Origin: a virus
Virus record (IMG/VR): IMGVR_UViG_3300046459_000548
Location: 1 to 64,000 of that record
DNA length: 64,000 nt
Strand: one strand, 5' to 3'
Shown here: in pieces, positions 20,683 through 31,646 of the stretch
Numbering within the stretch: position 1 is the stretch's first letter
How the letters are laid out: each line of letters begins with the position of its first letter
Notes under the pieces: generated by a model
Seen by the model: the letters and a program-made list of their open reading frames with translations, nothing else
Told to the model about the DNA's origin: nothing
Databases searched by the model: none
Program-made: the position numbers and the translations under genes

Positions 20683-23600
20683 TGGCCGCCAGCCTCGAGC
20701 CCGAGGACTTCGCCGCCCTCCGCAAGGACGGCGACCTCGTCGGCTTCCTGCTCGCGCTCACCAGCACCGCCCCGTCGAAGCCAGCCCCGGCCGAACCCGA
20801 AGCGCCGGCCGAACCCGAGTACTTCATAGCCCACCGCGGGGCCTGGCCCATCGGCACCGCACCCAGCGGACCAACCCCGATGAACGGCCGATGCAGCTGC
20901 CCGAATTGCAGCCGAGGAGCCGCCTGATGCCCCGCCCCTGGCTGCGTCACCCGCCCGCCACGATCCGCCCCACTACCTGCCCGTCGGGTCTGCCGCGGTA
21001 CGCGACGGTCCGGCTGGCGTCGGCGGCCGTCCTCGGCCACGTCGGCGCCGCCCGTCTCGCACCGGCCTGCTGTGACCGGTGTGGCGGCGTGCACCTGCAA
21101 GCCGCGTGACCTCGCCCGTTGTTTGCCGCCCGACCCTCGGGCCGGGGAAACGGCGCACACCAGCCCGGTGTGGGCGGGATGCGAAATGTGGACAAACCAA
21201 CTCACCGACAGGAGAAGCCTGATGACCACCGACACCCAGACCAACGTGATCACCGACCCGGAGACGGAGGCCACCCACTACGGAATCCCCGTCTGCCACA
21301 TCGGCGAGGACGGCGACATGCTCGCCCTCGGCCACCCCGGCACCCGCCGCGCGTTCGCCGCCTTCAACCGGCACGCCCGCGTCTTCTGCAACCTCGCCAA
21401 CCTCGCCGACGACCAGAACGCCAGCCTCGACGACTGGTCGGACGTGATCACCGAGCAGTGGGTCGTCTTCCGGAAGGCCGACCCGAACAACTGCTGGGAA
21501 GACCCGGACAGCGAGTGGTTCTTCGACCGGGTCACCGAAGGCACGCCCGGTGCGCAGCCCGTGACGATCCTCGACATCTCCTGACGCCGCGGCCCGCCCG
21601 CAGTAGGCACAAACCCCAGCGAACCGCCCACCGAACGGAGAACCCCATGACCGACCAGAAGCCCCCCACCGAGCAGCAGCTCGACGAGTACGCGCAGCTC
21701 GCCAACGCGGCCTACGTAGGCCCGTGGCGCAACGATCAGACGCAGGATGACACCGCCGTCGTCTACGCTCCGGCCACCACCGAGAAGGGCAGCGAGTACG
21801 CCCACGTCCTCTTCGGAGCCGACTGGGGCACTGACGCCGACGCTGCGTTCATCGCCGCCGCCCGGACTGCGGTGCCCGCCCTCGTCGCGGAAGTCCGCCG
21901 CCTGCGCGCCGAGCTGGCCACCGCTCTGCGCCCGAACACTCCGCGGCTGTGCGCATGCGGCCACAGCAACCTCGCCCACACGGTCCCGGCGCCGCACTCG
22001 TGCTTTGCGCACGGCCAGACCTGCCCGTGTCAGGGCTACCGACAGTTGCCGCATGACGAGGCCGTGGCCCAGCTCGCACGGAACCGACAGGCCGCCGCCG
22101 AACGCGCCGTCGTCGAGGAGGCGCACGTCGTCGCCGACGACAGCGATGACCCCGAGCACGTTGACGACTGCCCTGGCTGCGAAGCGTTCACCCTCACCGG
22201 CCACCGCGCCGCCCCACCGCAGCCCACCCCGTGACCGCACGCACGGCCGCCGCTGTTCGACCCAGCGGCGGCCGGCCCCCCAATCCTCTCGCACGATCAA
22301 GGAGCGGCAGCATGACCGACACCACCGACCCGCATCGCGGCTTCCGCGCCGTGTTCACCGTGACCATCGAGACCCGCAAGGGCGGCGACTACTACTTCGA
22401 CCACGCCGACTTCGTCCGCCACGTCGGCCCGTGGATCGAAGGCGACCTCGACGACCGCGACGACATCCGCACGGTGACGATCACCGAGCAGCCCGCCGAC
22501 CGGGCCGAGCTGTCCGGCGCCGAGCGGCAGTTCCTCACCTTCGCCCTGGACCTGGCCGCCGATCAGATGGCCTCGCGCGGCAACGAGTTCGGTGCCGAGG
22601 ACACCGCGGCCCTGGAGAAGCTGCGCGGCATGGCCGACGGGGCGCAGCAGCCCAAAATCTGCGAGCTCCCGCACCTCACGATCGCCGAGGAAGACGCCTG
22701 CGAGCAGCACCGGCTCGGCGGCGAGGCGCAGCAGCCCGAGACGCAGGGCGGCGACGAGTCGTTCGGCACGGCCGACTGCACCTGCATCCCGTTCGTCCGC
22801 GAGGGCGGTACGGCCCGCTACTGCCGACCCGGCGACACCGTCGACCAGATCAGCGGCTGGGAGCGGGGTGGCGACTGCCCGCACCACCGGCCGACCGTCG
22901 TCGTGGCGCGGCAGGCCGACACCGCGGGGGAGCAGCAGTGAGCTGGGACGAGACTCCGTGCACCAACGAGCGTTACCTCGCCCACTTCGGCTTGCAGGTC
23001 GACCCCTGGCTGCTCGACGAGTGCACCGAATGCGAGTTCTGCGGCAGCTGCGTGATCCACATCTGCTACCGCGACGACGCCGACACGCTGCTGCACCTCG
23101 ACTGGTTCAAGGACTTCGCCAACCCCGGCGAACCCGAGTGCGGTTCGGTCGGCGGCCCGCCGAACCTCGTGCCGTCGCAGTACCAGCCGCGCGCCTGCCA
23201 GTTGCCCGCCGGACACGACGGCAAGCACCGCGCCCGCATGGGCTGGCACTGGGCCGCCACGAAGACCGCGCCCACCGCCTGACCCCGCCCCTGCCGCCCC
23301 TGCGCCGCGGGGGCGGCACCCCGCACCGAAAGGCACTACCGATGACGACCCGGATCCTGCGGCTGCTGGTCGACGAAGAGTTCGGCCGCCTGCTCGCCCT
23401 GTACCTGCGGCGCGGCGAGAAGCCTCGCGGCGCCCTGCTGATCGCGCTCCGTCTGCGGGCTACCGCCGACGGGCTGCTCCTGCCCAACGGGCGGATCAAG
23501 AACGGGGGCCGACCGTGAGCGCTCCGTCGTCGGCCCCGCACGGCGAGCACGCCGGAACCCCGGGCGCCGGCTGGGAGACGGAACTCGGGTCGACCGGCGA

Positions 23601-24005
23601 GCAGTACGTGCCGGACGGGCAGCCGGATCCGACAGCGAACCGGGCGGCACGACGGGCGGCGAGACGGGGGCGGAAGCGCTCAGACGGCCGCACAGCGCTT
23701 CGGCAGGGTCCGACTGGACCTCAGGGGGCCCGAGAAGCCGCCTGTACGCCTCTCTCGCCGCCTAGCGGCCCGCCGCGGTCCCCGTCTTGCTTCGACCCCC
23801 TGAACGCCAGCGACAGCCTCCCTGCACCGCCGCCGACCCGAACGGAGACCCGATGACCCCCGAGCCGCCACCCCTCAAGCAGATGCTGCACCTCGTCGAC
23901 CGGGCCGAACGCGGCGTCATCCTCCCCGCCGAAGCCGCCCGACTCCGCATCGCCATACGGGCGTTGTATGCCCGCGCCTACCCGCAGGCGGGGGAGGGCC
24001 GGTGA
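20682..24005 (+). other. post-replication hypothetical genes (20682-20927, 20927-21109, 21222-21584, 21647-22234, 22312-22941, 22938-23282, 23342-23518, 23853-24005)
   Basis: RBS-preceded or coupled ORFs, several Cys/His-rich. Confidence 0.55.
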
Positions 24006-24369
24006 CCGGCCTCAGCTCGAACCGGCCGGGCCCGCCTCACCGCCGACGCCGTCCGGCTCCGCAGGCGTCGGGCGAGGCCGCTGCCGTGGCACTTTCTCCC
24101 TGGCCACCCCGGCAGCGGCGCGAGCCAACTGTGTCCGCAGCTGGTCGAACGCCTGAGGCGACAGATCCCGCATTTTCCGGCTCCTGGTCATGCGCCACTA
24201 ACGCCGCACCGGGCGAGCCGACACCGCAATACGGCCAAATGGGGCGCGGCGTGAACCTCGGCACCCACCTCGACTGGCGCTTCAACGCGCAACTGTCCGG
24301 TTCGCGACCTTGCCCCCGTCATGTCCCACCCCCACCCTGACCAGGTTGGCTGACAATCGAGGGGGGCTC

Positions 24370-25206
24370 GTGGCATTCGGCAACGGCGAAGCGTTACGGC
24401 AGATCGGCATCCAGCTCAGGCAGGCCTTGACGGACCTCGCCGCGGTGAAGCAGCAGCTCACAGACCAGCAGCACGCCATCGACCAGATCCGGTTCGACAC
24501 CACCGCGGCCATCAACACCGGGCTCACCGAGAACCGGGCCGTGATCCGCGACGGCCTCACCCGCGCCAACGAGACGATCTCCGACCCGCTCACCCAGATC
24601 GGCTCCGAACTCGTCGCCATCCGCGGCGGCATCGGGCAGTTGGACAACCAGATCAGGACCGCAGCAGCAGCGGCGGTCGTTCAGCAACCGGCGCCCGAGC
24701 CAGCTCAGGAACCGGAGGCCGCGCCCGTCGAAGACCAAGCGCCCCCGGCGCCCGAGCCGGCCGTCGAACCAGAACCCGAGGCGCCGCACTGGGTCGAACA
24801 CGACCTCGACACCCTCCGAGCCGCAGCCGGCATCTCCGCGGCCAAACTCCACGCCCACCGCGACCTGTGGGCATTCCTCGTAGAACACGCAGGCCGCGAC
24901 CCGCACTTCCACATCCCCGGCGACGTCACCGCCAAGGGGGGAACCGTCCAAGTCGACGTCTCCGGGCGGAGCCTCGTCGCCGCACTCACCAGCCTCCGCT
25001 CCGTCTACCGGGCCGCCCATGTCGATCCGGGCACTGGAGCGATTGCCGAGCACCTGTACGAGCGCATCGCCAAGACCGTGAAGGACATCGCGGCATCGCC
25101 CCACAGCGGGGACGGTGCGGATCCCGTGGTCATCGTCATCGACGACCGGATCAAGCCAGAGGGCGAGCGGCCGCCAGCGCCATCCGAGCCCAACGACGAG
25201 AGCTGA
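24370..25206 (+). CDS. hypothetical coiled-coil protein with P/E/A linker
   Basis: GTG at 24370 after GAGGGGGG; heptad-like N-terminus. Confidence 0.65.
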   Translation: MAFGNGEALRQIGIQLRQALTDLAAVKQQLTDQQHAIDQIRFDTTAAINTGLTENRAVIRDGLTRANETISDPLTQIGSELVAIRGGIGQLDNQIRTAAAAAVVQQPAPEPAQEPEAAPVEDQAPPAPEPAVEPEPEAPHWVEHDLDTLRAAAGISAAKLHAHRDLWAFLVEHAGRDPHFHIPGDVTAKGGTVQVDVSGRSLVAALTSLRSVYRAAHVDPGTGAIAEHLYERIAKTVKDIAASPHSGDGADPVVIVIDDRIKPEGERPPAPSEPNDES

Positions 25207-25213
25207 ACGCGAA

Positions 25214-25249
25214 GCGCCCCCGCCCGGATTGCTCCGTGGCGGGGGCGCT
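25214..25249. terminator. hairpin between convergent genes
   Basis: AGCGCCCCCGCC...GGCGGGGGCGCT. Confidence 0.6.
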
Positions 25250-25260
25250 GTGCTGTGCCG

Positions 25261-25620
25261 TCAGGCGGCGAGTAGCTCGATCTCGATCGCGAGGGCGCCC
25301 AGCGCCTCCTTCTCGGGCGGGTAGATCCCGCGGATGTTCGCGAGCTGCTCATCGCGGCCAGCTGCCGGGTTCACGTTCGCCGGCCCCTCACCGTCCAGGA
25401 GCGCCTCGAAGTCCGGGTATGCGGTGACCCGCTTCACGAGTACGTCGCACGTCTCGTCGGTGCCCTTGATCCGGAACCGGATCGTGTCCCCGGCAGCCAT
25501 GTCCGCGAGGTGCGGATACCGCACCCGGACCTCGATCGATTTGCGGCCCGCGGCGACGAGATCGAAGTATCTGCGGTACAGATTCAGGTCGTGTCTGCGG
25601 GCGGTGGTCGTGTCGCTCAT
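25261..25620 (-). CDS. ASCH (PUA-like) domain protein
   Basis: YFDLVAAGRKSIEVR...GDTIRF...YPDFEALL matches the ASCH GxKxxExR motif. Confidence 0.9.
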   Translation of the reverse strand: MSDTTTARRHDLNLYRRYFDLVAAGRKSIEVRVRYPHLADMAAGDTIRFRIKGTDETCDVLVKRVTAYPDFEALLDGEGPANVNPAAGRDEQLANIRGIYPPEKEALGALAIEIELLAA

Positions 25621-26726
25621 GGGGTGGTGACGCTCCTTGTCGGGTTGGACATGAGGCGGCCGAGTTCGCCGGCCGAATACGCGCGGAAGAAGTGCCGCGG
25701 ATCGGCGAGCAGGACGTCGGCCATGTCGAGCAGTTGGCTGGCGTACTCGGACAACGATCCCTGCCACAGGCGGGTATCGAGCATCCACGGGGCAGCGCCC
25801 TCCGGCAATGCTGCCTTGCCCTCCCGGATGAGGCTCTTGGACAGCTTCGCCCCGGTGTCCGTGACGACCTGCGGGCAGAACAGCCGCGTCGGCAACTGCC
25901 CGGCCGTGAGCCCGATCGCCGTCAGGGCGTTGTCGACGAGAGTCGAGCCGAACACCCAGTCGCCACCCTTGACCATCACACTCAAGCGTTCGCGGTCCGT
26001 GCTGGCGGCGAGCTCCTTGACGAGATTGCGGTACAGCGTCGCGAGGTCGAGATAGCCGCCGCTGCCGGGGGCGATGACGACCTCGTATGGGCCGTGATGC
26101 AGGCAGACGGCGTGCACCACGGCGTAGTCGTCGCCGAGTAGAACACGGGTCCGCTCCGCATGCTTCTCCGCCCACCCGCAATCAGGCTGCGGGCAGGGAA
26201 CGCGGACGTGCGGGCTGCCGTGAGCCGGGTCCAGCCACCAGCGGGCAGCATCGATCCGGCGGTGAGCACGCAGCCAGGTCAGCCGGAAGTGCTCGCCGGC
26301 CTGCTGGCGGGAGTACATCGCGATCGAGTACGGGACCGACAGGCGGTCGGACAGCGCGGCGAACAGAGGCCGGTACAACTCGTCGACCTGGCCGGCGAGA
26401 GTGTCCTCGCCGAGGGCCTGGGCGTAGGCGCGCTGATACCGGTGCCCCGACGCCGGGTCGGTGACGATCTCGTGCGGGGCGTTGTCGAGGGCGCCGAACA
26501 TGACGTCGACGGGGATGCCGAAGCGGTCTCGGGCCCGGGCCGCGGCGGCGAAAGTCAGGGACTGCACCAGCGAGGTGCCCAGATGGGGCACACCGTTGAT
26601 CTGGGTGCCGACCACGAACGTGATACGCGAAGGGCGTGTGGTCCGCACGCGGGGTGAGAGGACGTCCTCGACGGCGCCGAGCGCGTTGGCCAGCACCGTG
26701 TTCGGAGAAACGGGAAATGCAGGCAT
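25617..26726 (-). CDS. class I aminoacyl-tRNA synthetase-like protein (class I LysRS-like catalytic core, no anticodon domain)
   Basis: HIGH-like PHLGT, KMSKS-like GAKLSKS, Zn site CPQPDC...CLHH; 369 aa. Confidence 0.8.
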   Translation of the reverse strand: MPAFPVSPNTVLANALGAVEDVLSPRVRTTRPSRITFVVGTQINGVPHLGTSLVQSLTFAAAARARDRFGIPVDVMFGALDNAPHEIVTDPASGHRYQRAYAQALGEDTLAGQVDELYRPLFAALSDRLSVPYSIAMYSRQQAGEHFRLTWLRAHRRIDAARWWLDPAHGSPHVRVPCPQPDCGWAEKHAERTRVLLGDDYAVVHAVCLHHGPYEVVIAPGSGGYLDLATLYRNLVKELAASTDRERLSVMVKGGDWVFGSTLVDNALTAIGLTAGQLPTRLFCPQVVTDTGAKLSKSLIREGKAALPEGAAPWMLDTRLWQGSLSEYASQLLDMADVLLADPRHFFRAYSAGELGRLMSNPTRSVTTP

Positions 26727-26749
26727 GTCTGCTCCCTGGACGGGGCTGG

Positions 26750-27061
26750 TCAGATTTCCGTGGTGACGAACGGCGCCGGCAACTGCGGCAGGTCGACGTC
26801 AAAGACCTGGGCGAGCAGATAGCGGGCCACAGTGTCGTGCTCCAGCTCGCTACGCCCGGCAGGCATGGACAGGATGATCTCGCCGCTCTTGCGCTGGACG
26901 ACCGCGCCGTAGAAGCCGGCGTCCGCGATCGAGCTCTCGAAGAGCTCCACCCCGGTCTCGATCAGGAGGTCAGGCAGCGGGGCGTCGAGCAGACGATCGG
27001 GCGTGACGGACGCCGCAGGGGCGGAGGTGGCGACGGCGGGAGCAGGGATTGCTAAGGTCAT
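26750..27061 (-). CDS. small hypothetical protein, first gene of the aaRS-like/ASCH operon
   Basis: AAGGA RBS; 103 aa; loosely ImmA/IrrE N-lobe-like but no HEXXH. Confidence 0.7.
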   Translation of the reverse strand: MTLAIPAPAVATSAPAASVTPDRLLDAPLPDLLIETGVELFESSIADAGFYGAVVQRKSGEIILSMPAGRSELEHDTVARYLLAQVFDVDLPQLPAPFVTTEI

Positions 27062-27170
27062 GGGTGTAGTCCTTTTCTGACGGGACGGATTGCAGATCAG
27101 CGGCTGGAACCGCTGGTTGATGAACTGGCCGGGCGTTCGAGCGCCCGGCCGTTCGCTTTTGTGCGGTGAC

Positions 27171-27929
27171 CTACTCGGGGTCAGGGACTGCGACGTAGAG
27201 AATCTGAGGGCGGCCCACCTTGGGTTTCCTTTTGCCAGCCACCCTGAATCGTCCAGTTGCAGTCAAGCGCCGCGAGTAGACGCGCACGGTGCCCTCCGGA
27301 GCGCCCAGCCGCTCCCTTAGGTCTGACTGGCTGAAGGGCTGGTCACCGAATGCTTTCAAGGCGAGCCCGTGAAGGCGGCGAGCCTCGAAGCGCTTCGGCT
27401 CGCGATCCGCACCCCGGCGCCGTTTAGCCTCCCGATTCCGAAAGAAGGGCTCAATCGCGGCCCACGAGAACAGCCAAGTGCCGCTTACTTGGCACCAGTC
27501 GCTTTGAGGGACAGGCCACAGTGGGTCCGACTGGGCAATCCTGATGAGCCCGGTTCGCGTCAGGGGTGCGGTGTAGCCGAGCGCGACCGCGCGCCGGACC
27601 ATCTCTGAGAACGTGACCAGGTCATCCTGGTCGACGGTGGGGAATGGGCCCCTTGGGCGGGCCGACACTCGCGTCGCATCGAGGGCGTGCCTTTTGTTGT
27701 GGAGTGGCTTCTCTTCCCTGATGGCGCGGACCTCGGCCAGCGCCGCCTCCAGCCGACTGGGATACCAGCTGGTCTCCGATGAGGCCGCGGTGGGCCACCA
27801 TGTCAGCGCAGCGTCGCGTGCGTGTTGGGAGAATCTTGCGTTCGGACTGTTGGTTATCCCGACATAGAGCAGGGTTCCGTCAGGGTCGAAGAACCGGTAG
27901 AGCGCGGTGCGCTCGGGAGATGCGGGCAT
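27171..27929 (-). CDS. GIY-YIG nuclease fused to HTH domains
   Basis: TALYRFFD...LLYVGIT...RFSQH...AEVRAIREEKPLHN. Confidence 0.8.
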   Translation of the reverse strand: MPASPERTALYRFFDPDGTLLYVGITNSPNARFSQHARDAALTWWPTAASSETSWYPSRLEAALAEVRAIREEKPLHNKRHALDATRVSARPRGPFPTVDQDDLVTFSEMVRRAVALGYTAPLTRTGLIRIAQSDPLWPVPQSDWCQVSGTWLFSWAAIEPFFRNREAKRRRGADREPKRFEARRLHGLALKAFGDQPFSQSDLRERLGAPEGTVRVYSRRLTATGRFRVAGKRKPKVGRPQILYVAVPDPE

Positions 27930-28068
27930 GCCGCTCCTTACTGAGCGTGTGGCGTGGGCCACTCGCACGGACAGAACCGTAAGGCTTACTCATTCAGGTA
28001 TCAAGCCCGAGCGTTCGGATATGCAAAAGCCCCCGGTCGGAGGCCGGGGGCGTGCAAGTGGGAGACAG

Positions 28069-28833
28069 TCAGGGGCAGTCGACGCTGTACGCCATCTTGA
28101 AGCGGTGCGCCGGCTTCGTGAGCAGCGAGACCTCGATCGGCCGCTGCTCGTCGCTGTACACGACGCGGAAGATCTCGATCACCGGTACATCGCGCGGGAT
28201 CTCGAGGTGTACGTACTCCTCGGTGGTGGCCGGTCGCGCGCCAAGCACGTCATCCTGTGAGCGGGTCGGGTATCCCATCTCCTCCAGTAGGAGCGGCGAT
28301 CCGCCCGGGATGAGCCTCCGGTCCTCGAGCCGCGTCCCGCGCGCCAGCTCGATCGGGTAGTACGAATGCACCAGTTCGGCTGGCTTGCCATCGAGGTAGC
28401 CGATGCGGGACCGGCGCATCGCCGTCCCGTCCTCGTCTAGGCCGAGAGCGAGGCGGACTTGTTTCGGCGGTTTCACCTCGCCGACCTCGAGCATCTTGTA
28501 CTTGCCGTGCTGCTGGTTCTTCGTGGCCTCGGTCAGCCACCGGTACGGCTGCCCCGGCTCGGAGGGGCGCAGGCTGTGTGCGGGGCTGATTGCCTGGGAG
28601 CCTTCGTTGCGCACGAAGACGCCGACTCCAGTCTGGCCCTCGAGGAACCTTTCGTCTTTGAGGATCTGGAGGGCGCGCTGAATGGTCACGTTCGACGTTT
28701 CGAACTGTTCCCTCAGCTTCTCGTTTGTGGGGACCCGGGCTCCAGGTTCCCAGTCGCCCGACATGATCAGCTTTCTGATCTCGGCGGCGATGCGCTCACC
28801 GAGGGGGCGCTTGTCCTCGTGCGGCTCGGGCAT
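28069..28833 (-). CDS. GntR/HutC-family regulator with UTRA domain (KorA/KorSA/TraR-like)
   Basis: RIAAEIRKLIMSGDWEPGARVPT...TIQRALQILKDE...GVGVFVR plus UTRA. Confidence 0.9.
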   Translation of the reverse strand: MPEPHEDKRPLGERIAAEIRKLIMSGDWEPGARVPTNEKLREQFETSNVTIQRALQILKDERFLEGQTGVGVFVRNEGSQAISPAHSLRPSEPGQPYRWLTEATKNQQHGKYKMLEVGEVKPPKQVRLALGLDEDGTAMRRSRIGYLDGKPAELVHSYYPIELARGTRLEDRRLIPGGSPLLLEEMGYPTRSQDDVLGARPATTEEYVHLEIPRDVPVIEIFRVVYSDEQRPIEVSLLTKPAHRFKMAYSVDCP

Positions 28834-28834
28834 G

Positions 28835-29365
28835 TCAGTCGACCTCGATCTCGTAGTGGAGGCGGCGAGGCGCCTTCATGACCATGAACTGCACTTCGAT
28901 GGGGCTCCCGTCTTCGGCGGTGGTCGTGCGTAGCAGCGTCAGGACACTCGAGCCCTCAGGGAGGGAGAGCGCGGTGCGCTCGAAGTCGTCCGCCTCCCGG
29001 AACTCCAGATCCTCGGAGACGTGCCGGGCGTGGTAGCCGAGTTCGGCCAGCAGTGTGGGTGCGCCGCCTTTGATCTTCTTCTTCTCGAGGAGCGCTGTAC
29101 CGCGCGCGATCTCGAGCGGGTAATACGAGTCGGCGAGTTCGATCGCTTCATCGTCGAGCAGGATGACCCGGCGGCGAACAGCGACCTTCTCGCCGGCTCC
29201 GAGAGAGAGGGTGGCGGCCACCTCTCGCGGCGGCACGACCTCGGCGACCTCGGTGAGTTGCTGACCGCCTCGTTGCCGCATCTCCTCACTCCAGGCGTCC
29301 GCTTGCCCCTGTTCGCGAGGCGTGACGTAGGCGAGTGAGTCATTCCGTCGCTGATTCTCGGCCAT
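28835..29365 (-). CDS. stand-alone UTRA domain protein
   Basis: ELADSYYPLEIARGT...GGAPTLLAELGY, paralogous to the neighbour's UTRA; no HTH. Confidence 0.85.
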   Translation of the reverse strand: MAENQRRNDSLAYVTPREQGQADAWSEEMRQRGGQQLTEVAEVVPPREVAATLSLGAGEKVAVRRRVILLDDEAIELADSYYPLEIARGTALLEKKKIKGGAPTLLAELGYHARHVSEDLEFREADDFERTALSLPEGSSVLTLLRTTTAEDGSPIEVQFMVMKAPRRLHYEIEVD

Positions 29366-29537
29366 CTCTTGAGCCTCCCCTCCACTGATGATGCTCGTTC
29401 TGACCTCCCAACCTTAAGCCCTTGATGATTACAGATGCCTGCACCCGCTTGGCCGAATCTGCGTCGCGAGGCTTGCTACGTTATGCATCAAGGCTTTAAG
29501 GTCGTTGACAGATGCGAAACCCGCGATCGGAGGCGCA

Positions 29538-29738
29538 ATGCTGCGAGTTCGGGACGTCGCGACGCACTTCCGAGTGCACCCCGCGACCGTCTATCGATGG
29601 ATCCACCAGGGCTTTGTTCCTGCCTACAGGAACGGCCAGCCCTACCAGCCCGGAGACGGTGCCACCGGCACGCTCCGCATTCCCGAGTCCGTCCTGAATT
29701 CGACGGACACCCCTCAGCCGTCCACGGAGGTGGCCTGA
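29538..29738 (+). CDS. excisionase-like HTH_17 protein
   Basis: MLRVRDVATHFRVHPATVYRWIHQG. Confidence 0.85.
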   Translation: MLRVRDVATHFRVHPATVYRWIHQGFVPAYRNGQPYQPGDGATGTLRIPESVLNSTDTPQPSTEVA

Positions 29739-31646
29739 TGTCCAGCATCACCACAACCCCCACCCAGGCCACCTCGATGTCGCCGGCCGACCGCATGGCC
29801 CACGACGACTCCTCCCACGTGACGTGGCGGGCCCGCGAGAAGTATCTGCGCGGCCTGAACGTCAACGGTCGTATCCGCACCGCAGGCGACCAGCTGCTCG
29901 CCGACATGGCCGGCCGGTGGGCGCTCATCGAGGTCACCGTCGAATACGTGTCCCCGGTCTCCCCGGACGGCAGCATCGTCCTCGTGGTCGCCGGACGCGA
30001 CCGGCAGGGTGAGGCCCTCGTTCAGATGGACGCCCAGGACCGGGCCGAAGCGCTCGACTGGATGGACCGGGACTACGCCTCCCTCCTCGGCAAGGCGACC
30101 GTCCTGTACGGGCAGCCCGCACTCGACCTGCGGCGCGTCACCCTCGCCCAGCCGCAGAGCGTGAAGGCGGCGGCGTGATGGCCACGGCGACCCGTCCGGC
30201 GATGCCCGCCGAGTTCTCCGACTCGCTGGATCTCGCGATCTACCGCGAGACCAAGAACCAGGTGCCGGCCGACGAGCGCTCCACCTGCCCGCTGCACCTG
30301 AACTGGCGGGACCGTTGCTCCCAGCTGCACGTGGCGGGTGGTCGCTGATGGACCCCGCTCTGATCCGGGCCGTCGCCGCGCAGCTGACCCGCCTGTCACT
30401 GCGTGAGCCGGGCGAGGCGACCTGCCGCATCATGCTGGGCGGTCTGCCGCTGGCCAGTGCTTTCGACTGCTGGCACAGCGTGGACTTGTCGGCTGCGGGA
30501 CTCCACCGGGCAGCCGTGCTCCTCGAAGTTCCGGGCGTGACACCCCGACTGGCGCCGGTCCTGCAGCTCCGGCGCTAGACCCCCAAGACCGCCGCGGCAG
30601 CGGTCCGACAATCCCCCCGTCCCGCTGCCGCGGCTTTCCACCCCGCACCACCCCTCATCCCGGCATGACCAACCGAGGAGATCAGCCATGCCTTCTACCG
30701 ACCAGGCCGTCCGCTCCAGCATCGAGGACGTCGACGATGCCGTGGGCAAACTGCGGATCGACTACCGTCGCGCAGGCTTCCAGGGCATCCACACCGGAGC
30801 CGTCCCGTTCGGCCGATTCGGCAACCTCGTCGGCTCCGAGGTCACGGCAGAGCAGCGCATCGACGTCGGCAACACCGGCGAGTACGTGTCCGTCCGCCAC
30901 ACCTTCGTCGTCACCTGCACTGGCTTCGGCTGCACCGACCCCGTCGCCGAAGTCGCGACACGCAACCTGATCTTCGACTGTGACCACGGCGACATCACCG
31001 AAGAGGGTCGGCTCGCCGCCCGCAAGCAGGCCCAAGCCCACGCCGAGACGTGCCGCGCCCTGCCCCGCACCACCGCCTGACCCCACCCCCCATCCCATTC
31101 CTGATTGACCACCTTGAAGGGCACCCCCATGTCTCTGACTCTGATCACCTCCGCCCCGTCGTCGGATGCCGAGTACCGCACCGGCCTGATCTCCCGCTAC
31201 CTGACCGCCCGCAGCTCGCGGACACGGAAGGCGCTGCGGGCCGAGGCCGCGGCCTACGACCGGGCCAACAAGGACGCCCCGTCTCTGACGGATGAGCTGT
31301 TCGGCGCGAGCCTCGGCGACGTCGCCTGAGCCCCTAGACCGCCGTGGCGGCGAGGAACCCAATCCCCCGCGGACTCGCCGCCACGGTCTACGACCCCGCC
31401 CCCACCCCAGCCCCAACCCGAGAGGAACCCGCGATGAGCAGCACCGAGTCCGACTACTTCGAGATCGCCACCGACAAGGCCCTGTTCAAGAAGGACGGAG
31501 CTGCCCCCTTCGGCGCCCCGGCCGGCACCCGCGTCGAGTCGTTCAAGGAGACCGGCGACTGGGTCGACATCCACCTGTCCAGCGGCTACCAGATCAGCCT
31601 GCACGAGTCGCGGATCGCCTACATCCTCACCCGCAACGCCGCCTGA
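29738..31646 (+). other. small hypothetical genes of the transfer module (29738-30178, 30178-30348, 30348-30578, 30688-31080, 31129-31329, 31434-31646)
   Basis: TGATG couplings and strong RBSs. Confidence 0.6.

Noticed and set aside
25617-26726. Housekeeping lysyl-tRNA synthetase
   Set aside because: Too short, lacks the anticodon-binding domain, and sits in an accessory phage operon
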